NCBI GenBank assembly: GCA_002298785.1
Contig: DBMR01000052.1
Span: forward strand, 3,513-67,512
Reading direction: 5' to 3'
DNA length: 64,000 nucleotides
Source of the DNA: Verrucomicrobia subdivision 3 bacterium UBA693
GTDB lineage: Bacteria > Verrucomicrobiota > Verrucomicrobiia > Limisphaerales > UBA8199
Under the pieces are notes generated by a model. That model had not been told where the DNA came from. It did no database searches and worked only from the letters and a program-made list of their open reading frames with translations. Shown here piece after piece: positions 50,795-60,360 of this stretch (position 1 is the stretch's first letter; each line of letters starts with the position of its first letter). The translations under genes were made by a program, and so were the position numbers.

Positions 50795-51610
50795 ATGAAA
50801 ACCATCATTGTTTGTGTTTCGTTCATCGCTGGTGTTGTGATCGCGGCGTGCTTTCTGCGCCAGTCACCCGCCCCTGCCTCGGTGACCCAGCCTTCTCTGA
50901 GTTCGACGCCGATCCCGGCGGACACCGTCTCCATGTCAAAAGTTGACTCTCCCCAGGAGGTGCATTCTGGTGCGGGCCAGCGTGCGCGGCACCCTGAGTC
51001 TGCGCCGTTGCAGGCGGTGAAAACACCATCCGTCGAAGTCGCGAGGGTTGTCGCGCCCTCCCCGGGGTTCAGCCAGCAAATGCGGACTTTGCTGTCGCCT
51101 GAGGCCGGGTTTGCCGGCAAACAAGAGGTTTGGCAGCAATTGCGGGCTGCGGGAAAGCTGGATGCGGTGGTGACGCACCTCGAACAGCAAGCCGTGACTG
51201 AACCGCAGAACGCCGCCGTGCCGACGACGCTGGGGCAGGCATATCTGCAAAAGGCCGGGTCGATTTCGGACATTCGTGAGCAAGGCATCCTGGGGATGAA
51301 AGCGGACCAGACCTTCGATGCGGCGCTGAACCTCGATCCGAACAATTGGGAGGCGCGTTATTGGAAGACCACAGCGATGTCTTATTGGCCCACGCAGTTG
51401 AACAAGGGGCAGGAGGTTATCGGCGGTTATCTGGAACTCATTCGGCAACAGGAAACGCAGCCGCTCAAACCGGAGTTTGCCCAGGTCTACCGAGCCCTGG
51501 GGGAGCAGTATCAGAAGTATGGATATGAGGATTATGCCCGGCAGGTGTGGCAACGGGGATCGGCTTTATTCCCGAATGACGAGGGACTTCGCCCCAAAAC
51601 CACCCATTAA
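50795..51610 (+). CDS. Membrane-anchored TPR protein
   Basis: N-terminal TM, Pro/Ser linker, TPR-like LGQAY, ALNLDPNNWEA and YRALGEQY. Confidence 0.85.
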   Translation: MKTIIVCVSFIAGVVIAACFLRQSPAPASVTQPSLSSTPIPADTVSMSKVDSPQEVHSGAGQRARHPESAPLQAVKTPSVEVARVVAPSPGFSQQMRTLLSPEAGFAGKQEVWQQLRAAGKLDAVVTHLEQQAVTEPQNAAVPTTLGQAYLQKAGSISDIREQGILGMKADQTFDAALNLDPNNWEARYWKTTAMSYWPTQLNKGQEVIGGYLELIRQQETQPLKPEFAQVYRALGEQYQKYGYEDYARQVWQRGSALFPNDEGLRPKTTH

Positions 51611-51683
51611 GCGAGCGTCGTCTTGCCAGGGAATTGCCCATGACAAGGCGGCTAAACTCGGATAGAACAACCTGACGCGAGCC

Positions 51684-52916
51684 ATGAAATCGGAAGCGCC
51701 AGCCATCAGCGCCACGAGTCTCCCCTTGCCCCGAAAGCAGTTTCGGGGATTCATCCTGGCGTTTCACATTATCTTCCTTGGTGCGCTGGCGTGCTCCCTG
51801 GCCGCCCGGTGGCAGCGTCCGGGCTGGAGTTGGGGGACAGCCGACATCGCGATCTTGTTGTTGGTGATAGCTCAGGCTGGGCTGTACCTGCGCTTTTTTG
51901 CGACGCGCAGAACACCTGGCTATCCGGCTTGGGGCGGTTATTTCGTGACCGTGATGGTGTTGTGGCTGGTCACCTGGCGAATGGAGCGGAGTTTCGAATG
52001 GGCGTTGCTGGCTTACCTGGGACAGTTGTTGGGCAGCATGCCGCCGCGATACTCGTTGCCGGGCACGGCAGTGGCGGTAGTCGTTTACCTGCCACTGAAG
52101 TTAGGCTGGGACCATATCACGCACATGGGCCCCAAAGAGTGGCTAGCCTGGCTCGGTATGGCGCTGGGATGGACGGTGTTGGGGCTGTTTCTGCATCGGT
52201 TGGCGGCCACCAGTTTGGAGCGGGCACAGTTGATTGAGAAGTTGGAAGCGGCTCAAATACAGCTTAAGGAGGCAGCGCGGCGTGAAGCGGAGTTGGCAGC
52301 GGCGCAGGAGCGGGAGCGGCTGGCCCGTGATTTGCACGATAGCCTTGGTCACTGTCTCGTCACCCTGAGTGTGCAATTGGAGACGGCGCAACGGCTTTAC
52401 GCCGTCGACCCCACTCGGGCAGGTGTGTTTATGGAGGAAATGAAGCAACTCACCCGCGACACGATGGAACAGTTGCGGCATGCCATCTCCGGCATGCGCA
52501 ATTCGGTATTGGGGACGCGACCGCTATGCCAGGCGCTCAGGGAACTCGCGGCCGAGGCGGGTTCCGCTGGCGGACTGAAGCTGGAGTCGCAAATCGATCC
52601 CCGTGGCGACCAGCTTACTCCGGTCCAGGCCGAGGCTTTGTGGCGGGTGGCACAGGAAGGACTCACCAACATCCGGAAGCATGCTCGAGCCAGTCAGGCC
52701 GGCTTGCGGTTAATCGTCGAAGATGAGGCTGCCCAATTAACGGTCTCAGATAACGGGCTGGGATTAGGAGAGGCAGACCAGAACTGGCCGGGCCATTACG
52801 GTTTACGCGGAATGCGCGAGAGAATCGAAGCGTTGGGCGGGCGTTTTGAGGCTCGAACTGCGGATGGGGGCGGGGCCGTTGTGGAAGCCCGAATTCCGTT
52901 GACAAAAGCTTCCTAA
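51684..52916 (+). CDS. HisKA_3 (NarX/DesK-type) membrane sensor kinase
   Basis: About 5-6 TM helices, ERERLARDLHDSLGH, QEGLTNIRKHA, DNGLG, GLRGMRER. Confidence 0.95.
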   Translation: MKSEAPAISATSLPLPRKQFRGFILAFHIIFLGALACSLAARWQRPGWSWGTADIAILLLVIAQAGLYLRFFATRRTPGYPAWGGYFVTVMVLWLVTWRMERSFEWALLAYLGQLLGSMPPRYSLPGTAVAVVVYLPLKLGWDHITHMGPKEWLAWLGMALGWTVLGLFLHRLAATSLERAQLIEKLEAAQIQLKEAARREAELAAAQERERLARDLHDSLGHCLVTLSVQLETAQRLYAVDPTRAGVFMEEMKQLTRDTMEQLRHAISGMRNSVLGTRPLCQALRELAAEAGSAGGLKLESQIDPRGDQLTPVQAEALWRVAQEGLTNIRKHARASQAGLRLIVEDEAAQLTVSDNGLGLGEADQNWPGHYGLRGMRERIEALGGRFEARTADGGGAVVEARIPLTKAS

Positions 52917-52920
52917 AATA

Positions 52921-53553
52921 ATGAAGCCGATTCGCATTCTACTCGCCGAAGATCAAACCCTGATGCGCCAGGGGCTCCGCACGCTTTTGGAGCTGGAATC
53001 CGACCTGAGAGTTGTGGCCCAGGCTGAAGACGGTGAGGCAGCGGTGACGCTGGCTTTGCGCGAACGTCCGGACATTGTGCTGATGGATATCCAGATGCCG
53101 CGGCTGAACGGGGTGCAAGCGACTGCGGAAATCTGCCGGGCCTGGCCGCAGGCGAGGATTATCATCCTCACCACCTTTGATCGGGACGATTACGTGTTTC
53201 AAGGGGTGCGAGCCGGAGCAGTGGGGTATTTGCTCAAGGATTCGCCGGCCCCGGCCCTGTTTGAATGCATCCGCAAAGTTCGCGCCGGAGAGGTCTTTAT
53301 TCAGCCGGAAATTGCTTCTCGCACCTTGCGTGCTTCGTTGCACCCCGTTGGAGGTTTGGCCGAGCCGTTGTCCGACCGCGAGCGGGAAATCCTTGTGATG
53401 CTATCGCATGGGGTTCCCAATAAAAACATCGCCGACAAGCTTGGAATCGCGGAAGGCACCGTGAAAAACCACGTGTCCAACATCCTGGGGAAGTTGCAGG
53501 TGCAGAATCGGACGCAGGCGGGCAACCTCGCCCGGGAGCGAGGTCTGATATAG
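52921..53553 (+). CDS. NarL/LuxR-family response regulator
   Basis: REC domain (LMDIQMP, GYLLKD) plus LSDREREIL..NKNIA..TVKNHVSNILGKL. Confidence 0.96.
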   Translation: MKPIRILLAEDQTLMRQGLRTLLELESDLRVVAQAEDGEAAVTLALRERPDIVLMDIQMPRLNGVQATAEICRAWPQARIIILTTFDRDDYVFQGVRAGAVGYLLKDSPAPALFECIRKVRAGEVFIQPEIASRTLRASLHPVGGLAEPLSDREREILVMLSHGVPNKNIADKLGIAEGTVKNHVSNILGKLQVQNRTQAGNLARERGLI

Positions 53554-53672
53554 TGGCTAGTTTGGGGAGAGCTGGCTCTGCAATGTTTGGGTGCGGGGGA
53601 AATTCCATCCATTTGACGACAAATTGCCCATCATTATTTGCGGCCTGAACCAGGTCCCAGAAATCGGGGTGG

Positions 53673-54326
53673 CTATGGAGGATCAACAGTGGAAGATGGC
53701 CCGGACGGGTCGCGGCGTTCGTTTTGATCATCCGGCTGTGTCCCCAGCGGAAATCGAGCAACGGTTTCGTAGACTGAACCCTGTGACGACAGCCGGCTGC
53801 AGATCAATTCAGCAAAATCCGCACGCGAGGCGCCGAATTGTCTTCCTGCAAGAGCGGTAGTGAGCTCGAATAGCGTCGAACGCACCTCCGGCCGCATGAA
53901 CTTAACTCGTCCTAACGTGATATGTCCCACCAGTTCTGGCTCCGGGGATTGCGCGGTAAAGTCGTTCGTAGCAATAACGACGGCTTTGTAGATGTCGGTG
54001 AGGCGCCGGTCGCAATCGGTTAAGCCAGCCCAGATGACCCTCGGCGTCCCATGCGCGGGAAAGGTGCCAATTCCACCGGATTTGAACTCCACCGGGGCCA
54101 AGAGCCGACAGGCGTCCACCAACCGGCCTATTAGTTCCTGAACGCGGACGGCGGCAACATCGCCAAGAAACCGCAGTGTTATATGATATTGCTCCGGAGC
54201 CACCCAGCGGACGGTTCCATGGCCGAGACGGCTGGCGAGATCCCGGGCGGTGACGTTAATGGCCTTACGCACTGCGTCTGGCACGGGAAGAGCCACGAAC
54301 AACCGCCACGTTTCCTGGGGATTCAC
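53673..54326 (-). CDS. thpR: RNA 2',3'-cyclic phosphodiesterase (2H family)
   Basis: RLFVAL and two HxT motifs (HITLRFLG, HITLGR). Confidence 0.9.
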   Translation of the reverse strand: MNPQETWRLFVALPVPDAVRKAINVTARDLASRLGHGTVRWVAPEQYHITLRFLGDVAAVRVQELIGRLVDACRLLAPVEFKSGGIGTFPAHGTPRVIWAGLTDCDRRLTDIYKAVVIATNDFTAQSPEPELVGHITLGRVKFMRPEVRSTLFELTTALAGRQFGASRADFAELICSRLSSQGSVYETVARFPLGTQPDDQNERRDPSGPSSTVDPP

Positions 54327-54378
54327 GGCAGTTCAGATCGTTTCGAACAGGAACAAAATCCGGCTGCGCCGGCTCGGA

Positions 54379-55323
54379 TCAGGGCAAAGGTTCGCCGCGT
54401 GCCGCGAGCAGCAAACGGTACCATTCTTCGCGGCTGAGATCGATTTCGGAGGCCTTGGCCGCATCGCGAATGCGATCTGGGTTGATGGTGCCGACAATCG
54501 GTTGGATTTTGGCGGGATGCTTCAGCAACCACGCCAGCGCTATGACCACCGGGCTGACACCTCTCGCTTTGGCGGTGGCCTCGAGCACCGGGAGGAAACG
54601 TTCTGGTTGATAGCTCTTTTGTGAAGGCAACAGGCGGCTGGCGCCGGCGCCGATCAGCCCTGCCGCCAGCGGGCTCCACGCCATCGGCGTGATACCCTCG
54701 ATCAAGCACTGGTCCAGCGTGCCATCCGTAAACGCGTCCAGCTTGGCCAGGCTGATCTCGACCTGGTGGACGACCAGTGGCATGGGGCAGGCTGCCTGCA
54801 GGGCGGTCAGCAGGAGCGGTCGGAAGTTGCTGACGCCAAAATACCGCACTTTGCCGCTCTGCCGCAGGTCGGAAAACGCCCGGGCGACTTCCTCCGGGTC
54901 CGCCAGGTAATCCGGGCGGTGCAACATAAGTAGGTCCAGAGTCTCGATCCCGAGTCGGCGGAGGGAGGCTTCGGCGGAAGCCAGGATATGGCTTGCGGAA
55001 AAATCGTAGCGCTGTGGAGATTCGGGCTGGGGCTCGCCGGGAATACGAATTCCGCACTTGGTGGCGACTACGACTCTTTCGCGCATGCCACCGATTTGGG
55101 CGAGGGCGGTACCGAGAATTTTCTCCGCCTCGCCCCGGCAGTAGATGTCCGCGTTATCAAACAGGGTGTAGCCGGCCTCGTAGGCGGCGGCGATGGCTCG
55201 CACTCCTTGCTGACGGCTGGCATCGGTGACTTCGGCCGGGTTCCAGCTGCCGGCGACGCGCCAGCATCCATAGGCCAACCGGCTGCACTGCAGCGAACTC
55301 ATTCCCAAAGTCATCGTTTGCAT
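54379..55323 (-). CDS. Aldo/keto reductase (YdhF-like)
   Basis: LAYGCWR, FDNADIY, ATKCGI, LHRPD, GVSNF, AWSPL. Confidence 0.93.
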   Translation of the reverse strand: MQTMTLGMSSLQCSRLAYGCWRVAGSWNPAEVTDASRQQGVRAIAAAYEAGYTLFDNADIYCRGEAEKILGTALAQIGGMRERVVVATKCGIRIPGEPQPESPQRYDFSASHILASAEASLRRLGIETLDLLMLHRPDYLADPEEVARAFSDLRQSGKVRYFGVSNFRPLLLTALQAACPMPLVVHQVEISLAKLDAFTDGTLDQCLIEGITPMAWSPLAAGLIGAGASRLLPSQKSYQPERFLPVLEATAKARGVSPVVIALAWLLKHPAKIQPIVGTINPDRIRDAAKASEIDLSREEWYRLLLAARGEPLP

Positions 55324-55429
55324 AGGTTTCAAATAGATTCTCGAAAGATTATGCGGGGTTTGGCAAGAGGGCAAATGAATCCGGGCAAAACTGCTTGCGA
55401 ACGGTTATCGCGCCGCTACATGTTAGCGC

Positions 55430-56968
55430 GTGCGCGAAGTCTCGCTCTCCTTGTTGCCCTTAGTAATCGTGCTGGCCCTGGTCAGTGGGGTGTTGGCCTG
55501 GCGCTGGCTGACGGAGCGTCGACGTAGCCGGGCGGCGCAAGCTGCCGCGCGCCAGGCGCGCGCGGAATTGCAGGCTCACGTCTCGGCGCGGCAAGCGGTG
55601 CAAAGCAACTTTGAGCGCTTGCGACTCCATATGCTTGATGCCTATGCCGCGGTGGATACCCAAGGATTGATCCAGGAGGCCAACCCGGCTTACCAGGAGC
55701 TGACGGGCTACAGCCTGGCTGAACTGCGGCAGTTAACGTACGACCAGTTAACGCCGTCACCGTGGCACGAGCAGGAACGCCAGATCATTCAGGAACAGGT
55801 GAAAGTACGTGGCTATTCCGAGGTGTATGAGAAGGAATATCGTCACAAAGATGGCCGCGTTGTGCCGGTGGAACTGCGCACGTTTCTGATCGGCGACGTG
55901 GCGGACGTTCCCGCGGGCATGTGGGCGATGGTGCGCAGCATCGCCAATCGAAAGCAGGCGGAAGCGCAGCTGCGGGCCAGCGAAGCGCGTTATCGGGCCG
56001 TGGTCACAGCCGCGCCAGTAGTGTCATTTTGCCTGGATACCGAAGGGAAATTCACCCTGTCGGAAGGAAGTGGACTGTCGCGCCTGGGACTGCTTCCGGG
56101 TCAGGTGGTCGGGCAATCTGTGTTTGACATTTACCAGGACATTCCGGACGCCTTGGAGCATTTTCGCCGTGCTTTGACCGGGGAGCCGCGACAGGGGTTG
56201 GTGACGACGCATGGCCTGATCTATCAATGCTGGTGGACGCCGTTATTTGATGAGCATCGCCGGGTGGTCCAGGTGCTGGGGGTAGCCGTGGATATCACCG
56301 ATCTCAAACAGGCCGAGCAACAAACGCGTGCTTCGTTGGAGGAGAAGGTGGTGCTGCTCAAGGAAGTGCATCACCGGGTGAAGAATAATCTGCAAGTGAT
56401 CAGCAGCCTGCTTAGTTTGCAGGCGGATCAGGCGGACAACGACCGCGCGCAGGAGGTCTTGCGCGAAACCCAAAACCGGGTTCGGTCCCTGGGCTTGATC
56501 CACGAGACCCTCTACCGCTCGGAGAACCTGGCCCAGGTCGATTTCTCCGATTACATCCGACGACTATGTGAGTATCTGCGGCGAGCATTTGAAACGGATG
56601 CGGACCGGGTTGAAATGACGGTAGACGTCGGGAGCGTGGCCCTGAATCTGGACGAAGCGGTACCTTGCGGGCTCGTAATCAACGAACTCGTTTCCAATGC
56701 TCTTAAGTATGCCTTTCCCGACGGGCGAAAAGGGCGGGTGGGCGTGGAATTCCGACTGACTCCCGAGGGGCGACGGCGGCTGGCGGTGTGGGATGACGGA
56801 GTGGGGTTGGCCGAAGGCTACGACCTGCAGAACGCCGAGAGCCTGGGATTGCGCCTGGTGCACAACCTGGCGGCCCAATTGGAGGGAGACTTGCGGGTGC
56901 GTCATGAAGGTGGCACCAGGTGGGAACTTGTTTTCGGCCAGCTTGCGTCAAAGCGATCGCTGGAATAG
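55430..56968 (+). CDS. PAS-PAS HisKA_2-type sensor histidine kinase
   Basis: One TM, two PAS/PAC domains, LKEVHHRVKNNLQVISSLL, NELVSNALKYAF, SLGLRLV. Confidence 0.94.
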   Translation: MREVSLSLLPLVIVLALVSGVLAWRWLTERRRSRAAQAAARQARAELQAHVSARQAVQSNFERLRLHMLDAYAAVDTQGLIQEANPAYQELTGYSLAELRQLTYDQLTPSPWHEQERQIIQEQVKVRGYSEVYEKEYRHKDGRVVPVELRTFLIGDVADVPAGMWAMVRSIANRKQAEAQLRASEARYRAVVTAAPVVSFCLDTEGKFTLSEGSGLSRLGLLPGQVVGQSVFDIYQDIPDALEHFRRALTGEPRQGLVTTHGLIYQCWWTPLFDEHRRVVQVLGVAVDITDLKQAEQQTRASLEEKVVLLKEVHHRVKNNLQVISSLLSLQADQADNDRAQEVLRETQNRVRSLGLIHETLYRSENLAQVDFSDYIRRLCEYLRRAFETDADRVEMTVDVGSVALNLDEAVPCGLVINELVSNALKYAFPDGRKGRVGVEFRLTPEGRRRLAVWDDGVGLAEGYDLQNAESLGLRLVHNLAAQLEGDLRVRHEGGTRWELVFGQLASKRSLE

Positions 56969-57107
56969 CGCCACCGGCGTGATGATTTCTCCGCTCCTCT
57001 GATGGAAGCCAACGGCTTTTCTTATTTGCCTTCCGAGAGGCTTGATTCATAATCGAGTCCCAGCCGACTGCCGGCTGCAATTGCAAGTTCCAGAGTGCTG
57101 AAAATCG

Positions 57108-60100
57108 ATGGCCAACACGGTAAAAATACTGGTGGTGGAGGACGAGGCCGTCGTTTCCATGCACGTGATTAGCCGGCTGAAGTCCATGGGCTACGAAGTG
57201 CCCGGCGGCGCGGCAACTTCCGAGGAGGCATTGCGGCTTGCCGAAGCGCACCATCCCCAACTCGTGCTCATGGATATCCGCATCCGGGGCAAAGTTGACG
57301 GCATTGACACGGCGGTGGAATTGCGCAGACGCTGGCAAATTCCGGTCATCTTTGTTACGGCCTACGCCGAGGACGGCACGCTGGAGCGCGCGAAGCAGGC
57401 CGAGCCGCTGGGTTACATCCTGAAACCGTTTGAGGACCGGGAACTCAAGACGGTGATCGAAATCGCGCTGCACAAGCACCGCAGCGAACAGGAGCTGCGC
57501 CGGGCGCATCGGCTGTTCGCCGTCCTGAGCCAGGTCAACCAGGCGATCGTCCGAGAGCGTCATCAGCCGGAACTATTTCGAAAAATCTGCGAGATCGCAG
57601 TGGAAAATGGTCACTGCGCCCTCTGTTGGATTTGCCGGCTGGATGAAAGCACGGGGCGCATGGTGCCCATTGCTTCGAATGGGCGTAGTCCCGAAGACCT
57701 GGAGAACCTGGCGTTTTACACGGAAAAAATCCCGGATTTCACCTATCCATCGTCGGTTTGTTACCGTTCCGGGGAGACTTGCTGTGTGCGGGGCGCCGAT
57801 CCGGTCGAGGATCTGTGCCGATTAGGCAGCTTGCTCCGCGCCCGCGGCTATCACTCCTGCGCATCGTTACCCTTGCGGCGGCAGGAGGAGGTCCACGGCA
57901 TCATGATTTTGGTGGCGCGGGCGCCGGATTTTTTCCAGGAACGCGAGCAGTCGCTTTTGGAAGAGGTGGCGCTGGATGTTTCCTATGCGCTCGACCAGAT
58001 GGACAAGGAAGCGTACCGGCAGCGGTTGGAGTCGGCGTGGCGGGAAAGCGAAGAACGCTACCGGCGGTTGGTGGAAAGCTCCAAAGACAGCATCCTGGTG
58101 CATCGGGAAGGTCGAATATTGTTCGCGAACACCGCGGCGGCCGAGCTTGCCGGCGCGTCTTGCTCGATGGAGTTGAAAGGCCGATCCCTGTTAGAGTTCG
58201 TGCCGGAGGAGGCGCGGGAGCGCATTGCCGCCATCATCTTCCGGGCGACTACGGGCGTGTTCACGCCGCTGCAGGAGCAGCGCATTCAAAGATTGGATGG
58301 AGCTATCCGGGAGGTGGAGGTTGCCTCCAGCCCCATGGTCTACGAAGGGCAGGCCGCTTTCCTGGTGGTGATTCGGGATCTAACGGAGCGGCGGCAGATT
58401 GAAACGGCGCTGCGCGAGAGCGAAGCGCGGTTTCGTACCGTGTTTGAAAACGCCCCGGCGGCAGTCGCTGTGTTTCGACAGGGGAAGATAATCTATGCCA
58501 ATCCCAAAGTGCTCGAGCTTTGGGGCTATCAAGATCCATCGGAAATAGTCGGGCACTCGGTGTTGAAGCTGGTGAGCCCGGAGGTCCGGGACGAAATTGC
58601 TGAAATGGCTCGCCGGCGCGAAGCGGGACAGCCGGTGGCCTGGGAGTATGACTCAGTCGGAATGCGGCGGGACGGCTCCCGGTTCTATTTTCACAATGCG
58701 GTCGCACGGTCGGAATTCGAAGGCAGCCCGGCGTTTTTCTCCATCGTCACAGACATTACCGCGCGCAAACAGGCGGAGGAACGCATCCAGGAACAAGCGG
58801 CCTTGCTGGATATCGCCCATGATGCGATCGCGGTCTTTGACATGGACAATCGAGTCCAGTTCTGGAATCCGGCCGCCGAACGGGTATTTGGCTGGAAGGC
58901 CAGCGAAATGATCGGGCAGACACGGTTTGCGCAACTCGCGTATCGCGACTGTCTGGAGCAGGTGAAGGAAGCCCGCAAACAGGTGCTGGCCGAGGGGAGC
59001 TGGATTGGAGAACTGCCTTTGCGCGATAAGAACGATCGAAAAGTCCTGGTGCGCAGCAGCCGGACCCTGGTCCGCGATAAGCAGGGGGAGCCCAAAGCCG
59101 TGCTGGTGGTCAATACCGATTTGACCGAGCAAAAGCAGGTGGAAGCTCAATTAATGCGGGCCCAGCGGATCGAGAGCGTCGGGCGTCTCGCCAGCGGCGT
59201 GGCCCACGATCTGAACAACATCCTCGCGCCCATCCTGATGCTCACAGATTTGCTCCGACCCAAATTGAAAGAGGCTGAGGATCGAGCCACGCTCGAGCTG
59301 ATGAAGACCAACTCCCAGCGCGGGGCGGATATCGTGCGTCAGTTGCTCATTTACAGCCGGGGTGACGCCGAGCAGATGGTGGAACTGGACTTGCGGCGGC
59401 AGGTGCGGGAAATCATCAAAATGGCGCGGGAAACCTTCCCCAAGTCCATCCAGTTTGAAGCGCATTTGCCTGCTGACGTCCCGCTCGTAAAGGGTGATCC
59501 CACGCAAATCCACCAGGTGCTGCTGAACCTGGTGGTCAATGCGCGTGACGCCATGCCGATGGGAGGTTCGATCGCCATCGGCCTGGAGGGAATGATCCTG
59601 GAGGAAGACCTCGCCCAAAGGTATCCCGGGGCCAAACCAGGCCCCTACGTGGTGCTCAAAGTGGTAGACACCGGAAGCGGCATCGCTCCAGACATCATCG
59701 ATAAAATCTTTGACCCATTCTTCACCACCAAGACTGCTGAAAAGGGCACGGGGCTCGGTCTTTCGACGGTGATGGGGATCGCCAAAGGGCATCATGGCTT
59801 TGTTCAGGTCCAGAGCCAGCTTGGACGAGGCACCGAGTTCCTGGTTTATCTGCCTTCCTGCAATGGGGCGAGCACTCAGGAGGAAGATGGCGGCTCGGTG
59901 CCCGAGGTAAGTGGTTCGGGTGAATTGTTGTTATTCATCGACGACGAAGAGGTGTTGCGGCTGCAAACCCGGAGATGGCTGGAAAGCAAAGGATACAAGG
60001 TCCTGGTGGCCGCGGATGGACTTGAGGCCCTCGGGCTTTACACGCGCCGGCAGCAGGAAGTTCAGGCCGTGTTCGTCGATCTTTGGATGCCGTACATGGA

Positions 60101-60302
60101 TGGATTATCCACCATCCGGCAACTGCGGAAGATCAGCGCGGATGTGCCGATCATTGCCATGAGCGGGCTGCCGCAGTTTGAGGAGGAATTGCAGCGCTCG
60201 AACGCTCCGGTCCAGGCCTTCCTGCCCAAACCCTGGTCGCCACAGCAACTGTCGCGCGTGTTGCGGGGAGTGCTCGAGTCGAATGGCCGAGGACGGAGTT
60301 GA
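57108..60302 (+). CDS. Hybrid kinase REC-GAF-PAS(x3)-HisKA-HATPase-REC
   Basis: N-terminal REC (VEDE, LMDI), GAF, three PAS, GVAHDLNNIL, NLVVNARDAM, FFTTK..GTGLGL, C-terminal REC. Confidence 0.94.
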   Translation: MANTVKILVVEDEAVVSMHVISRLKSMGYEVPGGAATSEEALRLAEAHHPQLVLMDIRIRGKVDGIDTAVELRRRWQIPVIFVTAYAEDGTLERAKQAEPLGYILKPFEDRELKTVIEIALHKHRSEQELRRAHRLFAVLSQVNQAIVRERHQPELFRKICEIAVENGHCALCWICRLDESTGRMVPIASNGRSPEDLENLAFYTEKIPDFTYPSSVCYRSGETCCVRGADPVEDLCRLGSLLRARGYHSCASLPLRRQEEVHGIMILVARAPDFFQEREQSLLEEVALDVSYALDQMDKEAYRQRLESAWRESEERYRRLVESSKDSILVHREGRILFANTAAAELAGASCSMELKGRSLLEFVPEEARERIAAIIFRATTGVFTPLQEQRIQRLDGAIREVEVASSPMVYEGQAAFLVVIRDLTERRQIETALRESEARFRTVFENAPAAVAVFRQGKIIYANPKVLELWGYQDPSEIVGHSVLKLVSPEVRDEIAEMARRREAGQPVAWEYDSVGMRRDGSRFYFHNAVARSEFEGSPAFFSIVTDITARKQAEERIQEQAALLDIAHDAIAVFDMDNRVQFWNPAAERVFGWKASEMIGQTRFAQLAYRDCLEQVKEARKQVLAEGSWIGELPLRDKNDRKVLVRSSRTLVRDKQGEPKAVLVVNTDLTEQKQVEAQLMRAQRIESVGRLASGVAHDLNNILAPILMLTDLLRPKLKEAEDRATLELMKTNSQRGADIVRQLLIYSRGDAEQMVELDLRRQVREIIKMARETFPKSIQFEAHLPADVPLVKGDPTQIHQVLLNLVVNARDAMPMGGSIAIGLEGMILEEDLAQRYPGAKPGPYVVLKVVDTGSGIAPDIIDKIFDPFFTTKTAEKGTGLGLSTVMGIAKGHHGFVQVQSQLGRGTEFLVYLPSCNGASTQEEDGGSVPEVSGSGELLLFIDDEEVLRLQTRRWLESKGYKVLVAADGLEALGLYTRRQQEVQAVFVDLWMPYMDGLSTIRQLRKISADVPIIAMSGLPQFEEELQRSNAPVQAFLPKPWSPQQLSRVLRGVLESNGRGRS

Positions 60303-60360
60303 CGGTTGCCGGAGACCGGCGGCCGGCTGAAGTTCAGGATGACGCTTTTGCCGCCGGGCT

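Noticed and set aside
50455-51345. 296-aa minus-strand ORF
   Set aside because: It is antisense to the TPR gene and runs through AT-rich promoter DNA.
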